Source of the DNA: Alphaproteobacteria bacterium
Lineage (GTDB): Bacteria > Pseudomonadota > Alphaproteobacteria > JAAXGF01
Assembly (NCBI GenBank): GCA_963555825.3
Contig: CAUVXB020000001.1
Span: 32,001 to 96,000 of the forward strand
Reading direction: 5' to 3'
Length of the DNA stretch: 64,000 nt
In this document: piece after piece, positions 8,103 through 23,975 of the stretch
Layout: each line of letters opens with the position of its first letter
Numbering within the stretch: the stretch's first letter is position 1
Notes under the pieces: model-generated
Database searches by the model: none
What the model saw: only the letters and a program-made list of their open reading frames with translations
Told to the model about the DNA's origin: nothing
Made by a program: the position numbers and the translations under genes

Positions 8103-10952
8103 TTAGGCTCTCTTGCGCTGGCGCTCGCGGCCGAGATAGGTGGCGAGGTATTCGCCGGTGTAGCTGCCGGGCGTCTCGGCGACCTGTTCGGGCGTGCCTT
8201 CGGCGACGATGGCGCCGCCGCGCTCGCCGCCGCCGGGACCCAGATCGATGATCCAGTCGGCGATCTTGATGACCTCGAGGTTGTGCTCGATGACGACCAC
8301 CGTGTTGCCGGTGTCGACCAGCGCCTGGAGCACGTCGAGCAGCTTGCGCACGTCGTCGAAGTGGAGCCCGGTGGTCGGCTCGTCGAGGATGTAGAGCGTG
8401 CGCCCGGTGGCGCGCCGCGACAGCTCCTTCGACAGCTTGACGCGCTGCGCCTCGCCGCCCGAGAGCGTCGTCGCCGACTGGCCGATCTGGATATAGCCGA
8501 GGCCGACCTTCTGCAGCATGGTGAGCTTCTCGCGGATCGTCGGCACCGCCTTGAAGAACGCGGCGCCCTCATCCACCGTCATGTCAAGAACGTCGGATAT
8601 CGACTTGTTTCTGAAGAGAATTTCCAGCGTTTCCCGGTTGTAGCGCTGGCCCTTGCAGACGTCGCAGCGGACGTAGACGTCGGGCAGGAAGTGCATCTCG
8701 ATCTTGATCAGCCCGCCGCCCTGGCAGGCCTCGCAACGGCCGCCCTTGACGTTGAACGAGAAGCGCCCAGGCTTGTAGCCGCGCGCTTGCGCCTCGGGCA
8801 GGCCGGCGAACCAATCGCGGATCGGCGTGTAGGCGCCGATGTAGGTCGCCGGGTTCGAGCGTGGCGTGCGGCCGATCGGCGACTGGTCGATGTCGATCAC
8901 CTTGTCCAACAGCTCGACGCCCTCGATGCGGTCGTGCGGACCGGGGTGGACATGCGCCCTCATGAGTTGCTTGGCGAGGCCCTTGTACAGCGTCTCGACG
9001 ATCAGGCTCGACTTGCCGCCGCCCGAGACGCCGGTGATGCAGGTGAAAACGCCGAGCGGGATGCGCGCCGTGATGTTGCGCAGGTTGTGGGTCCGCGCAC
9101 CGACCACGGCGAGCCGGCGTTCGGGCCGGCAGGCGCGTCGCTCGGCGGGCAGCGGGATCTGCTTGGCGCCGACCAGGTACTGGCCGGTCAGGCTGTCGGG
9201 GCTGGCCATGATGTCGGCCGGCCGGCCCTGGGCGACGACCTGGCCGCCGTGCTCGCCGGCCCGCGGACCCATGTCGATGACGTGGTCGGCGTCGCGGATC
9301 GCCTCCTCGTCATGCTCGACGACGATCACCGTGTTGCCGATGTCGCGCAGCCGTTTCAGCGTCATCAGCAGGCGGTCGTTGTCGCGTTGATGCAGCCCGA
9401 TCGACGGCTCGTCGAGCACATAGAGCACGCCGGTCAGCCCCGAGCCGATCTGCGAGGCGAGCCGGATGCGCTGGCTCTCGCCGCCCGACAGCGTGCCCGA
9501 GTTGCGCGACAGCGTCAGATAGTCGAGCCCGACGTTGACCAGGAAGCCGAGCCGCGCGTTGATTTCCTTGAGGATGCGCTGGGCGATCTCGCGCTGCGTC
9601 GGCGTCATCGCCTCGGACAGACCATCGAACCACACGGCCGCCTTGGCGATCGACATGTGCGCGGCCTCGCCGATGTGCTTACCGCCGATCTTGACCGCCA
9701 GCGCCTCGGGCTTGAGCCGGTTGCCGCCGCAGGCGTCGCACGGCGCGTCGCCGTGGTAGCGGCCGAGCTCCTCGCGCACCCAGCTCGATTCGGTGTTGTG
9801 CCAGCGCCGGTCCATGTTCGGGATGACGCCCTCGAACGGCTTGGTCGTCTGGTATTTGCGCAGGCCGTCGTCGTAGCGCATGGTCACCGGCTCGTCGCCG
9901 GTGCCGTAGAGCACCGCCTGGCGCGCCTCTTCGGGCAGCTCGGACCAGGGCGCGTCGAGCGAGACGCCGAAGCGCCTGGCGAGGCTCGCCAACGTCTGCG
10001 CGTAGTAGAGCGACGACGAGCCGCGCCACGGCTGGATCGCGCCGTCGCGCAGGCTGCGCCGGGCGTCGGGCACGACCAGCTCGGCATCGAAGTAGAGCCG
10101 GCTGCCGAGCCCGTCGCACGCCGGACACGCGCCATAGGGGTTGTTGAACGAGAACAGCCGGGGCTCGATCTCGTCGATCGTGAAGCCGGAGACCGGGCAG
10201 GCGAACTTGGCCGAGAACACCGTCACCTCGCCGGTCTCGGCGTCCTCGGCCTGGGCGATGCCGTCGGCCAGGCCCAACGCGGTCTCGATGCTGTCGGCCA
10301 GCCGGTTGCCGAGGTCGGCGCGCACGACGATGCGGTCGACCACCACGGCGATGTCGTGCTTGCGCTTCTTGTCGAGCGCCGGCGCGTCCTCGATGGTGGT
10401 CACTTCGCCGTCGATCTTGACGCGCTGGAAGCCGCGCTTCATCAGCTCGGCGAGTTCCTTGCGGTACTCGCCCTTGCGGCCGCGCACGATCGGCGCCAGC
10501 AGGTAGAGCTTGGTGCCCGCGTCCATGGCGAGCACGCGGTCGACCATCTGGCTGACCGTCTGGCTCTCGATCGGCAAGCCCGTCGCGGGCGAATAGGGCA
10601 CGCCGACGCGGGCGTACAACAGCCGCATGTAGTCGTAGATCTCGGTCACCGTGGCGACGGTCGAGCGCGGGTTCTTCGAGGTCGTCTTCTGCTCGATCGA
10701 GATCGCCGGCGACAGGCCCTCGATCGAATCGACGTCGGGCTTCTGCATCAGCTCGAGGAACTGCCGCGCATAGGCCGACAGGCTCTCGACATAGCGCCGC
10801 TGGCCCTCGGCATAGATCGTGTCGAAGGCGAGCGACGACTTGCCCGAGCCCGAGAGCCCGGTAATGACCGTCAGCGTGTCGCGCGGAATCTCGACGTCGA
10901 TGTTCTTGAGATTGTGCTCGCGCGCGCCGCGCACGTGGATCGTCTGCTGCAT
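8103..10952 (-). CDS. uvrA: Excinuclease ABC subunit A
   Basis: [26 protein letters not shown], two LSGGE ABC signatures, Zn fingers. Confidence 0.98.
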   Translation of the reverse strand: MQQTIHVRGAREHNLKNIDVEIPRDTLTVITGLSGSGKSSLAFDTIYAEGQRRYVESLSAYARQFLELMQKPDVDSIEGLSPAISIEQKTTSKNPRSTVATVTEIYDYMRLLYARVGVPYSPATGLPIESQTVSQMVDRVLAMDAGTKLYLLAPIVRGRKGEYRKELAELMKRGFQRVKIDGEVTTIEDAPALDKKRKHDIAVVVDRIVVRADLGNRLADSIETALGLADGIAQAEDAETGEVTVFSAKFACPVSGFTIDEIEPRLFSFNNPYGACPACDGLGSRLYFDAELVVPDARRSLRDGAIQPWRGSSSLYYAQTLASLARRFGVSLDAPWSELPEEARQAVLYGTGDEPVTMRYDDGLRKYQTTKPFEGVIPNMDRRWHNTESSWVREELGRYHGDAPCDACGGNRLKPEALAVKIGGKHIGEAAHMSIAKAAVWFDGLSEAMTPTQREIAQRILKEINARLGFLVNVGLDYLTLSRNSGTLSGGESQRIRLASQIGSGLTGVLYVLDEPSIGLHQRDNDRLLMTLKRLRDIGNTVIVVEHDEEAIRDADHVIDMGPRAGEHGGQVVAQGRPADIMASPDSLTGQYLVGAKQIPLPAERRACRPERRLAVVGARTHNLRNITARIPLGVFTCITGVSGGGKSSLIVETLYKGLAKQLMRAHVHPGPHDRIEGVELLDKVIDIDQSPIGRTPRSNPATYIGAYTPIRDWFAGLPEAQARGYKPGRFSFNVKGGRCEACQGGGLIKIEMHFLPDVYVRCDVCKGQRYNRETLEILFRNKSISDVLDMTVDEGAAFFKAVPTIREKLTMLQKVGLGYIQIGQSATTLSGGEAQRVKLSKELSRRATGRTLYILDEPTTGLHFDDVRKLLDVLQALVDTGNTVVVIEHNLEVIKIADWIIDLGPGGGERGGAIVAEGTPEQVAETPGSYTGEYLATYLGRERQRKRA

Positions 10953-11133
10953 TCGCCTGATTGTAAGCCGATTGGGAGCCCTGCGCACTATATGGCGACC
11001 GGCGCCCGGAAATCGACCCCGATTCGGCGACTCATCACCGCTTCCGCGGGCGCGAGAGTGACCGATCGCCCGCGCGCGCCTATAATGCGGGCATGCGACG
11101 CGCGGGCGCGCGATTCGGACAACGTCGGTTGCA

Positions 11134-11553
11134 ATGGACCAGGACACCGTCAAACACCTCGAGCTGATCCAGGGCGTGGTCAACCGCCTGGCCAACAACT
11201 CGTTCGCCTACAAGGCCTGGGCGATCACCCTGGTGGCCGTGTTCATCCTGCTCGCCACCGCCATCGCCAGCCCGCATCTCCTGCCCATCGCGCTGATCCC
11301 GGCGCTCGGCTTCTGGGGCCTCGACGCCTACTATCTCCGGCAGCAGCGCTTGTTCCGCAAGCTCTACGACGCGGTGCGTAGCGCCGAGACCATCGCGCTC
11401 GCCGACGGCGCGTTTTCGATGGACACCACCCCCTTCGACGGCGAGGTCGCATCGTGGCTCGCCACCGCCTGCTCGAAGACCCTCCTCTGGCTCTACGCGC
11501 CGATCGCCGCCCTCATCCTGCTCGCCACCGCCATCGCGTTTGTTGGTGCTTGA
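11134..11553 (+). CDS. Small membrane protein (KHLExIQ..NSF..K.W family)
   Basis: [43 protein letters not shown]; about three TM segments. Confidence 0.75.
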   Translation: MDQDTVKHLELIQGVVNRLANNSFAYKAWAITLVAVFILLATAIASPHLLPIALIPALGFWGLDAYYLRQQRLFRKLYDAVRSAETIALADGAFSMDTTPFDGEVASWLATACSKTLLWLYAPIAALILLATAIAFVGA

Positions 11554-11655
11554 GCGGACCGACAGCCGAGATCGCCCGGCGAAGGCGTTGGCATTTGCTC
11601 GGGCTGGGCATAGGCTATCGCGCGATCTTCAATCAAAAGAGTTCTACCCGACTCA

Positions 11656-12582
11656 ATGAGCTTTCAAGAAATTTGGCAGCTTGCTATCAGTGATCCGGGC
11701 TGGGCAGCGGTATTTCTGACAGCGGGACTCGCGATCATCGGTGGTGTTTGGGCGGTCTATCACCGTCTTTTCCCAGCGCGCGACAAAAGTGATCATCCAG
11801 GCGTCGACGTGGCCAACATCGTTAAAACGTTGCAGGAAGGCCATCGTCACCAGATCGAGGATGCAGTCCAGCGTGAGGAAGCGTTGCATGACCAGGTTCG
11901 CCAGCTTACGGACGCCGTACAGGCGCTTTCCGATGAACGGAACGAGCCGGACGCGCCTGCGGGAGTCGATGAGGCTCTGGCTCTCTTGGCAAAGGGCGAG
12001 ACGGACGCGGCCGAGGCCGTGTTTCAGGAAGTCAAAGAGCGCCGCACGGCCGAAGGCGAAGAATCGCGGAAAGAAACTGCCGCTGCTGCTCGACACATCG
12101 GCGCGCTCGCTTTTCTACACGACACCGACAAGGCGCTTTCCGCTTATCGTGAAGCGGTTGAGCTCGATCCCGAGAATTCTGATGGCTGGAACCGGCTTGG
12201 ACACCTTCTGAAGCGAATCGGCGATCTCGAAGGCGCCGAGGCCGCCTACAGCCACGTTCTGTCTCTGGGCAATCAAACCGATGATAAGGAACTCATTGCC
12301 GTTGCTACGGGCAACCTCGGCCTCGTCTACCAAACCCGCGACGATCTCGATCGCGCCGAGGAGATGCACAAGAAAAGCCTGGCGCTCGAAGAGGAGCTCG
12401 GGCGCAAGGAGGGGATGGCGAGCGATTACGGCAATCTCGGCATCGTCTACCGAACGCGCGGTGATCTCGACCGCGCCGAAGAGATGTACGAGAAAAGCTT
12501 GGAGCTGTTTCGGCAAGTCGGCGCTGCTCCAAAGATCGAAAAGGTCGTAGGCTGGTTTGCCGAGTTGCGCGGTTCGCAATAA
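11656..12582 (+). CDS. Membrane-anchored tetratricopeptide repeat protein
   Basis: N-terminal TM segment, helical linker, TPRs (GNLGLVYQTRDDLDRAEEMHKKSL and GNLGIVYRTRGDLDRAEEMYEKSL). Confidence 0.85.
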   Translation: MSFQEIWQLAISDPGWAAVFLTAGLAIIGGVWAVYHRLFPARDKSDHPGVDVANIVKTLQEGHRHQIEDAVQREEALHDQVRQLTDAVQALSDERNEPDAPAGVDEALALLAKGETDAAEAVFQEVKERRTAEGEESRKETAAAARHIGALAFLHDTDKALSAYREAVELDPENSDGWNRLGHLLKRIGDLEGAEAAYSHVLSLGNQTDDKELIAVATGNLGLVYQTRDDLDRAEEMHKKSLALEEELGRKEGMASDYGNLGIVYRTRGDLDRAEEMYEKSLELFRQVGAAPKIEKVVGWFAELRGSQ

Positions 12583-12648
12583 TAGGAGTATCTGCGCCGT
12601 CCCGTCAGCCGTGATCAGCGTAATGGCGCCCACATCGACGACCGCACC

Positions 12649-13401
12649 ATGAACAGCTTCGAATCAGACGGCATCGAGATCGCCTATATCGACGAAGGCG
12701 CGGGCGAGCCCGTCCTGCTGATCCACGGCTTCGCGTCGAACGTGGTGACCAATTGGGTCGATCCGGGCTGGGTGCGGGTGCTGACGCGCGCGGGCTACCG
12801 GGTCGTGGCGTTCGACAACCGGGGGCATGGCGAGAGCGAAAAGCTCTACGACGAGGCGGTCTACGGCGCCGAGCTGATGGCCGAGGACGCGCGGCGGCTG
12901 CTCGATCATCTGGACATCGCGCGGGTCGACGTGATGGGCTATTCGATGGGCGCGCGGATCACCGCGTTCCTCGCGATCGGTCACGCCGCGCGGGTGCGCA
13001 GCGCGGTGTTCGGCGGCTACGGCATCAACATGGTGCGTGGCGTCGAGGCGCGGCCGGTGATCGCCGAGGGCCTCGAGGCCGCCAGCATGGACGACGTGAC
13101 CGACCCGACGGCGCGCGCGTTCCGTATCTTCGCCGAATCGAGCGGCTCGGACCTGCGCGCGCTCGCCGTGTGTTTCCGCGCGGCCGGCGAGACCATCACG
13201 CTCGAGGCGCTGGCGACCATCGAAGCACCCGTGCTCTGCGCTGTCGGCACCGACGACGACATCGCCGGCTCGGCCGCCGAACTCGCCGCGCTGATGCCTG
13301 CGGGAGAGGTGCTCGACATCCCGGGCCGCGACCATATGAAGGCGGTCGGCGACCGGGTCTACAAGGACGGCGTGATCGCGTTCCTGGGCCGCCGGCGGTG
13401 A
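12649..13401 (+). CDS. Alpha/beta fold hydrolase
   Basis: LIHGF, DNRGHG, GYSMG nucleophile elbow, GRDH. Confidence 0.92.
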   Translation: MNSFESDGIEIAYIDEGAGEPVLLIHGFASNVVTNWVDPGWVRVLTRAGYRVVAFDNRGHGESEKLYDEAVYGAELMAEDARRLLDHLDIARVDVMGYSMGARITAFLAIGHAARVRSAVFGGYGINMVRGVEARPVIAEGLEAASMDDVTDPTARAFRIFAESSGSDLRALAVCFRAAGETITLEALATIEAPVLCAVGTDDDIAGSAAELAALMPAGEVLDIPGRDHMKAVGDRVYKDGVIAFLGRRR

Positions 13402-13632
13402 CCGCGCGATTCTTTGTGCGGTCACCTGCGGTGACCTGCGCTCAATCGCCGCGCAAGCTTCCGCCGAACGGTCGGCGGCCCGCGGTCGCGGGCTGGTAGA
13501 TTCCGGCCGATTCGGATCGATCGAATTATGCGCTAACGGCCATATCGCTGTGGCCCAAGCGGGCGGAACCGCCTATGATGCGCGCGGGCCTCGATCGGCC
13601 GACAAAAAACACCAACGACAGGGGCGACATCG

Positions 13633-14103
13633 ATGTCCGGCAGCGTCAATAAAGTGATCCTCATCGGCAATCTCGGGCGCGACCCCGAGCAGCGCAATCT
13701 GAACGACGGCTCGCCGGTCGTGAACATCTCGCTCGCCACCTCGGAGCGCTGGACCGACCGCGCGAGCGGAGAGCGCCGCGAGCGCACCGAATGGCACCGC
13801 GTCGTGATCTTCGACGAGAAGCTCTGCGAGATCGCCACCAAGTATCTGCAGAAGGGCTCGAAGATCTTCGTCGAGGGCCAGCTCCAGACGCGCAAATGGA
13901 CCGACCAGTCGGGCAACGACCGCTACTCGACCGAGGTCGTGCTGCGCCGCTTCAACGGCTCGCTGACGATGCTCGATTCGCGCGGCGAGGGCGGTTACGG
14001 CGGCGGCGATTCCTACGGCGGCGGGGCGCCGGCGGGCGGTGGCGGCGACGCGCCCGAGAGCGGCGGCGGCGGTGGCGACTTCGACGACGACATCCCGTTC
14101 TGA
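13633..14103 (+). CDS. ssb: Single-stranded DNA-binding protein
   Basis: [16 protein letters not shown]; C-terminal DDDIPF. Confidence 0.98.
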   Translation: MSGSVNKVILIGNLGRDPEQRNLNDGSPVVNISLATSERWTDRASGERRERTEWHRVVIFDEKLCEIATKYLQKGSKIFVEGQLQTRKWTDQSGNDRYSTEVVLRRFNGSLTMLDSRGEGGYGGGDSYGGGAPAGGGGDAPESGGGGGDFDDDIPF

Positions 14104-14239
14104 CCCTTGGTATAATCGCCTATCTTGTCGTTCGCATTGCTTGCAAATGCCAAATCTGGTATAAATTCGCGTGTCTTCCGGCCGATTGCCTGAAATCACG
14201 AGTGCCCCGATTTTCGCCCACCACCCGGCCGATTCCTAA

Positions 14240-17090
<2,851 letters not shown>

Positions 17091-17098
<8 letters not shown>

Positions 17099-17642
17099 CC
17101 GGCGGCTGGGCGTCTATCCCGGGACCTTCGATCCCATCACCTACGGCCATCTCGACATCATCCAGCGCGCCCGGCGGCTGGTCGATCACCTGATCATCGG
17201 CGTCTCGGTCAGCGCCGGCAAGGACCCGCTGCTGAGCCTTGACGAGCGCGTCGCCATCGTCAACGAGGAACTCGCCAGCCTCGAAGGCGACGGCGACGCG
17301 ACCACCGAGGTGCGTCCCTTCGACACATTACTGGTCGATTTCGCCTCATCGGTCGGCGCGAGTACCGTCATCCGCGGCTTGCGCGCGGTCTCCGACTTCG
17401 AATACGAATTCCAGATGACCGGCATGAACGCGCGGCTCGATCCGACCGTCGAGACGGTGTTCCTGATGGCGACTGAGAAGCACCAGTTCATCGCCTCCAA
17501 GCTGGTCAAGGAGATCGGCCGGCTGGGCGGCGACATCTCGTCCTTCGTCTCGCCCAATGTCGGGCGGCACCTCGAACGCCGCTTCGCGCGCCGCGGCGCG
17601 GGCGAAGTACCGGGCGGGCAGGCGGCGCGGTATATCTACTGA
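17091..17642 (+). CDS. coaD: Pantetheine-phosphate adenylyltransferase
   Basis: [28 protein letters not shown]; overlaps the gyrA stop. Confidence 0.97.
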
Positions 17643-17693
17643 TCGCACGCCGTCCGCCGTATCCGGTCTAGCCATGGCGGCGAACCGCGCACC

Positions 17694-19873
<2,180 letters not shown>

Positions 19874-19942
19874 TCCTTGGTATGAGTCACGCGCCACGCT
19901 TGACCGGCCGGGGGCGCGAACCTTATGGTGCGCGCGCCTTGG

Positions 19943-20018
19943 GGGCGCGTAGCTCAGTCGGTAGAGCATCTGACTTTTAATCAGAGGGTCCCAGGTTCAA
20001 TCCCTGGCGCGCCCACCA
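19943..20018 (+). tRNA. tRNA-Lys (UUU), copy 1
   Basis: 76-nt cloverleaf: GGGCGCG acceptor stem, CTTTTAA anticodon loop, encoded CCA. Confidence 0.97.
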
Positions 20019-20128
20019 ATTTCGTCAACAGGTTAGCTGGGTACGGCTGAGCCGTTTTCTTTATTAACAAGGCGAAGGAAAGGAATCCAGGCGGCTTCGA
20101 CCATTTCCCCCGGCAGCACCTGCCGCCT

Positions 20129-20707
20129 TCACTGACCGTGCTTCTCCAACCACTCGCGCGCCATCGCCTGGGCCTTCGATATGTCGGCGGAGGTCATTTC
20201 CTTGGCGGCAATGTCACGGTACTTCCGCCCTAACGTGTTGCCCTGCTCCGCCGCGATGTCGAACCACATGTGGGCTTGGATAAAGTCCGGCGACGCGCCC
20301 AGGCCGTGGCGGTACATGAGGCCGGTTTCCAACTGGGCGCGGACATAGCCCTGCTCGGCGGCCATTCGATGCCACTTCAGCGCCTCTGCATAGTCCTGCG
20401 GCACGCCGTCACCGGAGTGGTATATGACGCCGAGGATGGACTGGGCCACGGCAACACCCTGCTCGGCGGCCTTTCGATACCACTTCGCCGCCTCGGCGAA
20501 GTCCTGCGGGACGCCCACGCCAATTTCGTACATGAGGCCGAGGTTGAACTGAGCCTCGGCATGGCCCTGTTCGGCCAGCGGGCGGAATTCCTTGATCGCC
20601 ATGGCATAGTCGCCCAGCCCATAGGCAGCCGCGCCTTCGTCGAAGCCAGCCCGCGCCGGTCCGACGAGCGTGACGAGAAGAACAGCCGCTATCGCGATGC
20701 GCTTCAT
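20129..20707 (-). CDS. Secreted Sel1-repeat protein
   Basis: Signal peptide followed by AQFNLGLMYEIGVGVPQDFAEAAKWYRKAAEQG-type repeats. Confidence 0.92.
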   Translation of the reverse strand: MKRIAIAAVLLVTLVGPARAGFDEGAAAYGLGDYAMAIKEFRPLAEQGHAEAQFNLGLMYEIGVGVPQDFAEAAKWYRKAAEQGVAVAQSILGVIYHSGDGVPQDYAEALKWHRMAAEQGYVRAQLETGLMYRHGLGASPDFIQAHMWFDIAAEQGNTLGRKYRDIAAKEMTSADISKAQAMAREWLEKHGQ

Positions 20708-20891
20708 TTCCGAGATCTCCCAAGGGGGCGATCATAGCCCGAAGCCGCGCGCGGTGCGAGTTGATGGGCGTCACGCCGTCCGGGATCAACCTCCGCTTCT
20801 GTGGCGCGATCCCGGGGCCGTTAGATGCCGCTTGTTGGGGTGCCTCGACCTCTGCCGCCGCCGGACTGACAAACTATGCCCTGCACCCTGC

Positions 20892-21191
20892 CTAGGCATT
20901 CCCCTTTGGCGGCCCGCCCATCACCTGATCCTCCGCGATGCGCGCCTCGATGTCGTCGAGCAGGCGCGCGAGCGCTGCCTCGATGTCGCTGCGGTCCACT
21001 CCCTCCAATAGCATCGCGCCGAGGAGTTCCGCCGCACCGTGAAGGGCGATGGAGAAGCGGGGGAGTTCGTTGTTGAGTTCCCAGGCCGCAGCGGCGGGGA
21101 GTAGGGCGATTTGGATAACCTCTTGCGCTCGGCAGACGGGGCAGTCATCGCTGAGGTCGTGGTCGAGGAGGGAGGTGAGGTCCATGGCCAC
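20892..21191 (-). CDS. Hypothetical protein with CxxC motif
   Basis: 99-aa acidic helical ORF, DDCPVC, plausible RBS. Confidence 0.65.
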   Translation of the reverse strand: MAMDLTSLLDHDLSDDCPVCRAQEVIQIALLPAAAAWELNNELPRFSIALHGAAELLGAMLLEGVDRSDIEAALARLLDDIEARIAEDQVMGGPPKGNA

Positions 21192-21283
21192 AGGTTCCCT
21201 GTAGGAGGTCGATAGGGAGGGCGCGCAAACTAGCTTACGCTAGAGGAGCGCCTCGCGAAGCTCGGATTATGCTGGAAGGCACC

Positions 21284-21381
21284 TTACGGCAGTGTCCTGG
21301 CAACGCGGAAGCCGTAATCGTTGCTCCGGCTGCCCGTCGCGAACCTGATGCGATCGGCCGAGCCAACGAAGCGCGGGTCGA
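21284..21381 (-). pseudogene. 3' remnant of an FGE-sulfatase / CLec-fold gene
   Basis: DPRFVGSADRIRFATGSRSNDYGFRVARTLP* matches the SAxR...GFRxAR C-terminus of the family. Confidence 0.65.
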
Positions 21382-21397
21382 GGCTGACATCGGGAGC

Positions 21398-23653
21398 TCA
21401 AGCCTCGGGCGCGGGCGGGGCGTCCTGCGCAGCCTGCCATTCGGCGTGCTCGGCGAGGACTGCTGTGACCTCGGCCTCGAGCAGCTCGCGCAGACGCGGG
21501 ATATCCGCCTCGCGCCCGGCTTCGCGGAAGTAATCTTCGAGCGGAGCTACGGTCTTTGCGATCATATCGTGATCCGCCGGGATCATCCCCGCTCGCGCCA
21601 TGGCCAACGGGATCGCCGCGGCGCGCAGTTGATGCGTTGCCGCCTCCCTCTGCGCCCCGGTCAGGACGAGGTCATGGGCCAGATTGGAATAGCGCGTCGC
21701 GGTGGAGAAATGGAGCGGCCCAAGCGCCGCCCGGGTGATCTCCATTCCCTTGCGCAAGTTCGTGAGTGCCTCGCGCCGGCGCGGCGCGTCGCCGGTCTCG
21801 TCCGCCCAAGCGGAATAGAGGGCACCGAGATTGCCGTACGCGGTGCCCACCAGCTCTCCCTGCTCGCCATAGGCCGCGACCCAAATATCGCGCGCCGCCT
21901 GAAGCTCCGCCTCGGCCTCGACAAAGCGTTCCCGCCGCGCATAGAACGCGCCCAGACTGTTGCGCGCATAGGCGCGTTCTGGATCGCCCTCCTCGGTCGC
22001 GGTCTCCATCACCGCGATCGCCTCGCGAAAGCGCCGCTCCGCTTCCACGTCCTCGTCGAGATCAGCGAGCGCGTCGGCCAAATTGCCGAGCGCCAAGGCA
22101 TAGGCGGTGCTTTCCGCACCACGGGCCGCCGCCACGACCGGCAGATTGGCCTCCCAAAGCCGCCTTGTTTCCGCGATGTCGCCGGTGGCATGGCGCAGAA
22201 ACATCGCCGTCTCATGCACGAAATTTGCGGCGATATCCCGGTCATCCGCGGCTGCCCCGGCTGCCAGCGGGGCAAGAGCGCGCGCATGGGGCGCCAGCCG
22301 GTGACAGCGGGGCCAGGCCACCACCTCGAATTGCGGATTGTCGCTGAATTGCGCGCGGCCCAAGCGGGCGGCGAGGCCGATCATCCGCGCCCGCGCGTCC
22401 GCGCCCATCCAGTCGCGCAGCACCGCCTGGGCCAGGCGGTGGATGCCGTGGGTCGGCCGCGGCTCGCCGCCCGGCCCGGCCCAGGTCGCTTCGGCCAGCA
22501 GGGAATTCTCCCGGCAGGCGGCGAAGGCGTCGCCCCGGCGCATCGCGTCGCCGGCCAGGCTGGCCAGCGGTTCCGGCAGCGGCTCCCATTGCCGCGCCGC
22601 GAGCGCCTCGGCGCCGTCGACGAGAAATTCCGGCGCGATGTCGTCGGGCGACAGGAAGGCGGCGAGCTTGAGCAGCGTCTGCGCGTCCGCGTCCAGCCGG
22701 TCGAGCGATTCCTCGACCGCGACGTAAAGGGATTTCTTGTAGGTGTCGCTCCGAGGCGCATCGTTCAGCCGCTCATGGAACCGCGCGGACAGCTCCGCGA
22801 CCGATATCTCATCGTTGCGGCGCAGAATCTGGCCCGCCACGACCAGCGCCAGCGGGTGGCGGTCGAGCACCTCGGTCGCCAGTTGCTCGAGCCCGGCCTC
22901 GCCGTCGCGGTGCGATTCGGCGGCAAGCAGGGCCACCGCCTCGTCGCCGGGCAGGACATCGAGCGGTACGGTCGCCGCCTTGCCGGTCCAGTCGGTCACC
23001 CGGCTGGTCACCAGATGGTCGATGCAATCGCCGTGCTGGAGCTGGTAGTGCAATTCACCCAGCCGCGCCGGGTCGTCGATATTGTCGTGGATGAGGAGCC
23101 AGCGCCCGCCCTCGGCCTTCAGGGCGTTCAGCACGAAGTCGATACCTTCCTCGGCCTTGTCGGGCGCCTTGATCCCGAGACGGGCGCCGAGGCGGGCAAA
23201 GCTGTTGCGCGCCTCGCCCAGCGACGTCGCGTCGACCAGCCAGGCGCCGCGATATCGCCGCTCCCGGCGCCGGGCGTATTCCCCGGCCAGCGCGGTCTTG
23301 CCATAGCCGCCCGGCCCGGTGACCGCGACGGCGGTCAGACCGCCCCGATCCTCGAACGCCCGCTCGATCCGCTCGATTTCCGTCTTGCGGCCGCGGAATT
23401 CGCGGTCCGGCTTGGCGAGCAGGGGGTCGATGATCGTGGGTTTGCCAATGACCCGGGAATAAATACGGCGCGCGAGGCCGACGATAACGGCGCGGATTCG
23501 TTTGACCAGAAATGCGATGATCGCGGCAATGGCAACAGCCGCGCCGAGCCACTCGGGCAGTGAAAACCCGAGAGGTTTGCACACCGACAAATCCCCCAGC
23601 CTGTACGCTTCCAGGCAAATATCAAGAAATTCCAAACCGGCCCACAGAGCCAT
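21398..23653 (-). CDS. STAND NTPase: TM - NB-ARC - TPR (NLR-like)
   Basis: FRGRKTEI, Walker A GPGGYGKT, Walker B LLIHDN, LVTSR, HPLAL, IHRLAQ, C-terminal TPRs. Confidence 0.88.
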   Translation of the reverse strand: MALWAGLEFLDICLEAYRLGDLSVCKPLGFSLPEWLGAAVAIAAIIAFLVKRIRAVIVGLARRIYSRVIGKPTIIDPLLAKPDREFRGRKTEIERIERAFEDRGGLTAVAVTGPGGYGKTALAGEYARRRERRYRGAWLVDATSLGEARNSFARLGARLGIKAPDKAEEGIDFVLNALKAEGGRWLLIHDNIDDPARLGELHYQLQHGDCIDHLVTSRVTDWTGKAATVPLDVLPGDEAVALLAAESHRDGEAGLEQLATEVLDRHPLALVVAGQILRRNDEISVAELSARFHERLNDAPRSDTYKKSLYVAVEESLDRLDADAQTLLKLAAFLSPDDIAPEFLVDGAEALAARQWEPLPEPLASLAGDAMRRGDAFAACRENSLLAEATWAGPGGEPRPTHGIHRLAQAVLRDWMGADARARMIGLAARLGRAQFSDNPQFEVVAWPRCHRLAPHARALAPLAAGAAADDRDIAANFVHETAMFLRHATGDIAETRRLWEANLPVVAAARGAESTAYALALGNLADALADLDEDVEAERRFREAIAVMETATEEGDPERAYARNSLGAFYARRERFVEAEAELQAARDIWVAAYGEQGELVGTAYGNLGALYSAWADETGDAPRRREALTNLRKGMEITRAALGPLHFSTATRYSNLAHDLVLTGAQREAATHQLRAAAIPLAMARAGMIPADHDMIAKTVAPLEDYFREAGREADIPRLRELLEAEVTAVLAEHAEWQAAQDAPPAPEA

Positions 23654-23975
23654 TCCTGATCGATATGCTAGCCGCCGCCCTTCAGCTTATACCAAACCGG
23701 CCACGTTCATGCGGCGAGGACAAGCTTCATTACAGCCGCGAATACAAGTCATTTCAATACAACCCTGTTCGCCAGAAGCTGCGGTAGGGTCGGGATGGCG
23801 CACTAACCACATCGGTTTGGTCACGCGAGGCAGGGCCGGTTCCCGTGTTATCCCAGATGCTCCAAATAGGTCGAAACTTCACCGAATTATGGTGCCGATC
23901 CCAGTATGGGAATCGATCGGACATTCACGGGTCAGCAGGTCGCGGTCACAGGAAACTGTCGCCTACGTGCTTCGA

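Noticed and set aside
7598-8251. ORFs crossing the palindromic element (also 51121-51642 and 51212-51661)
   Set aside because: Low-complexity translations; reading frames are not preserved between the two copies and there are no transposase motifs.
10953-11133. Alphaproteobacterial LexA box (GTTC-N7-GTTC) upstream of uvrA
   Set aside because: No convincing match found by eye.
7206-11381. 1391-aa plus-strand ORF and other long ORFs (21269-23563, 50615-53236, 17872-19980, 41658-43538, 59493-61112)
   Set aside because: Antisense or alternate-frame shadows of real genes in high-GC DNA; Arg/Gly/Ala-rich with no motifs.
12300-12510. Internal ~120-bp direct repeat
   Set aside because: Explained by tandem TPR coding units.
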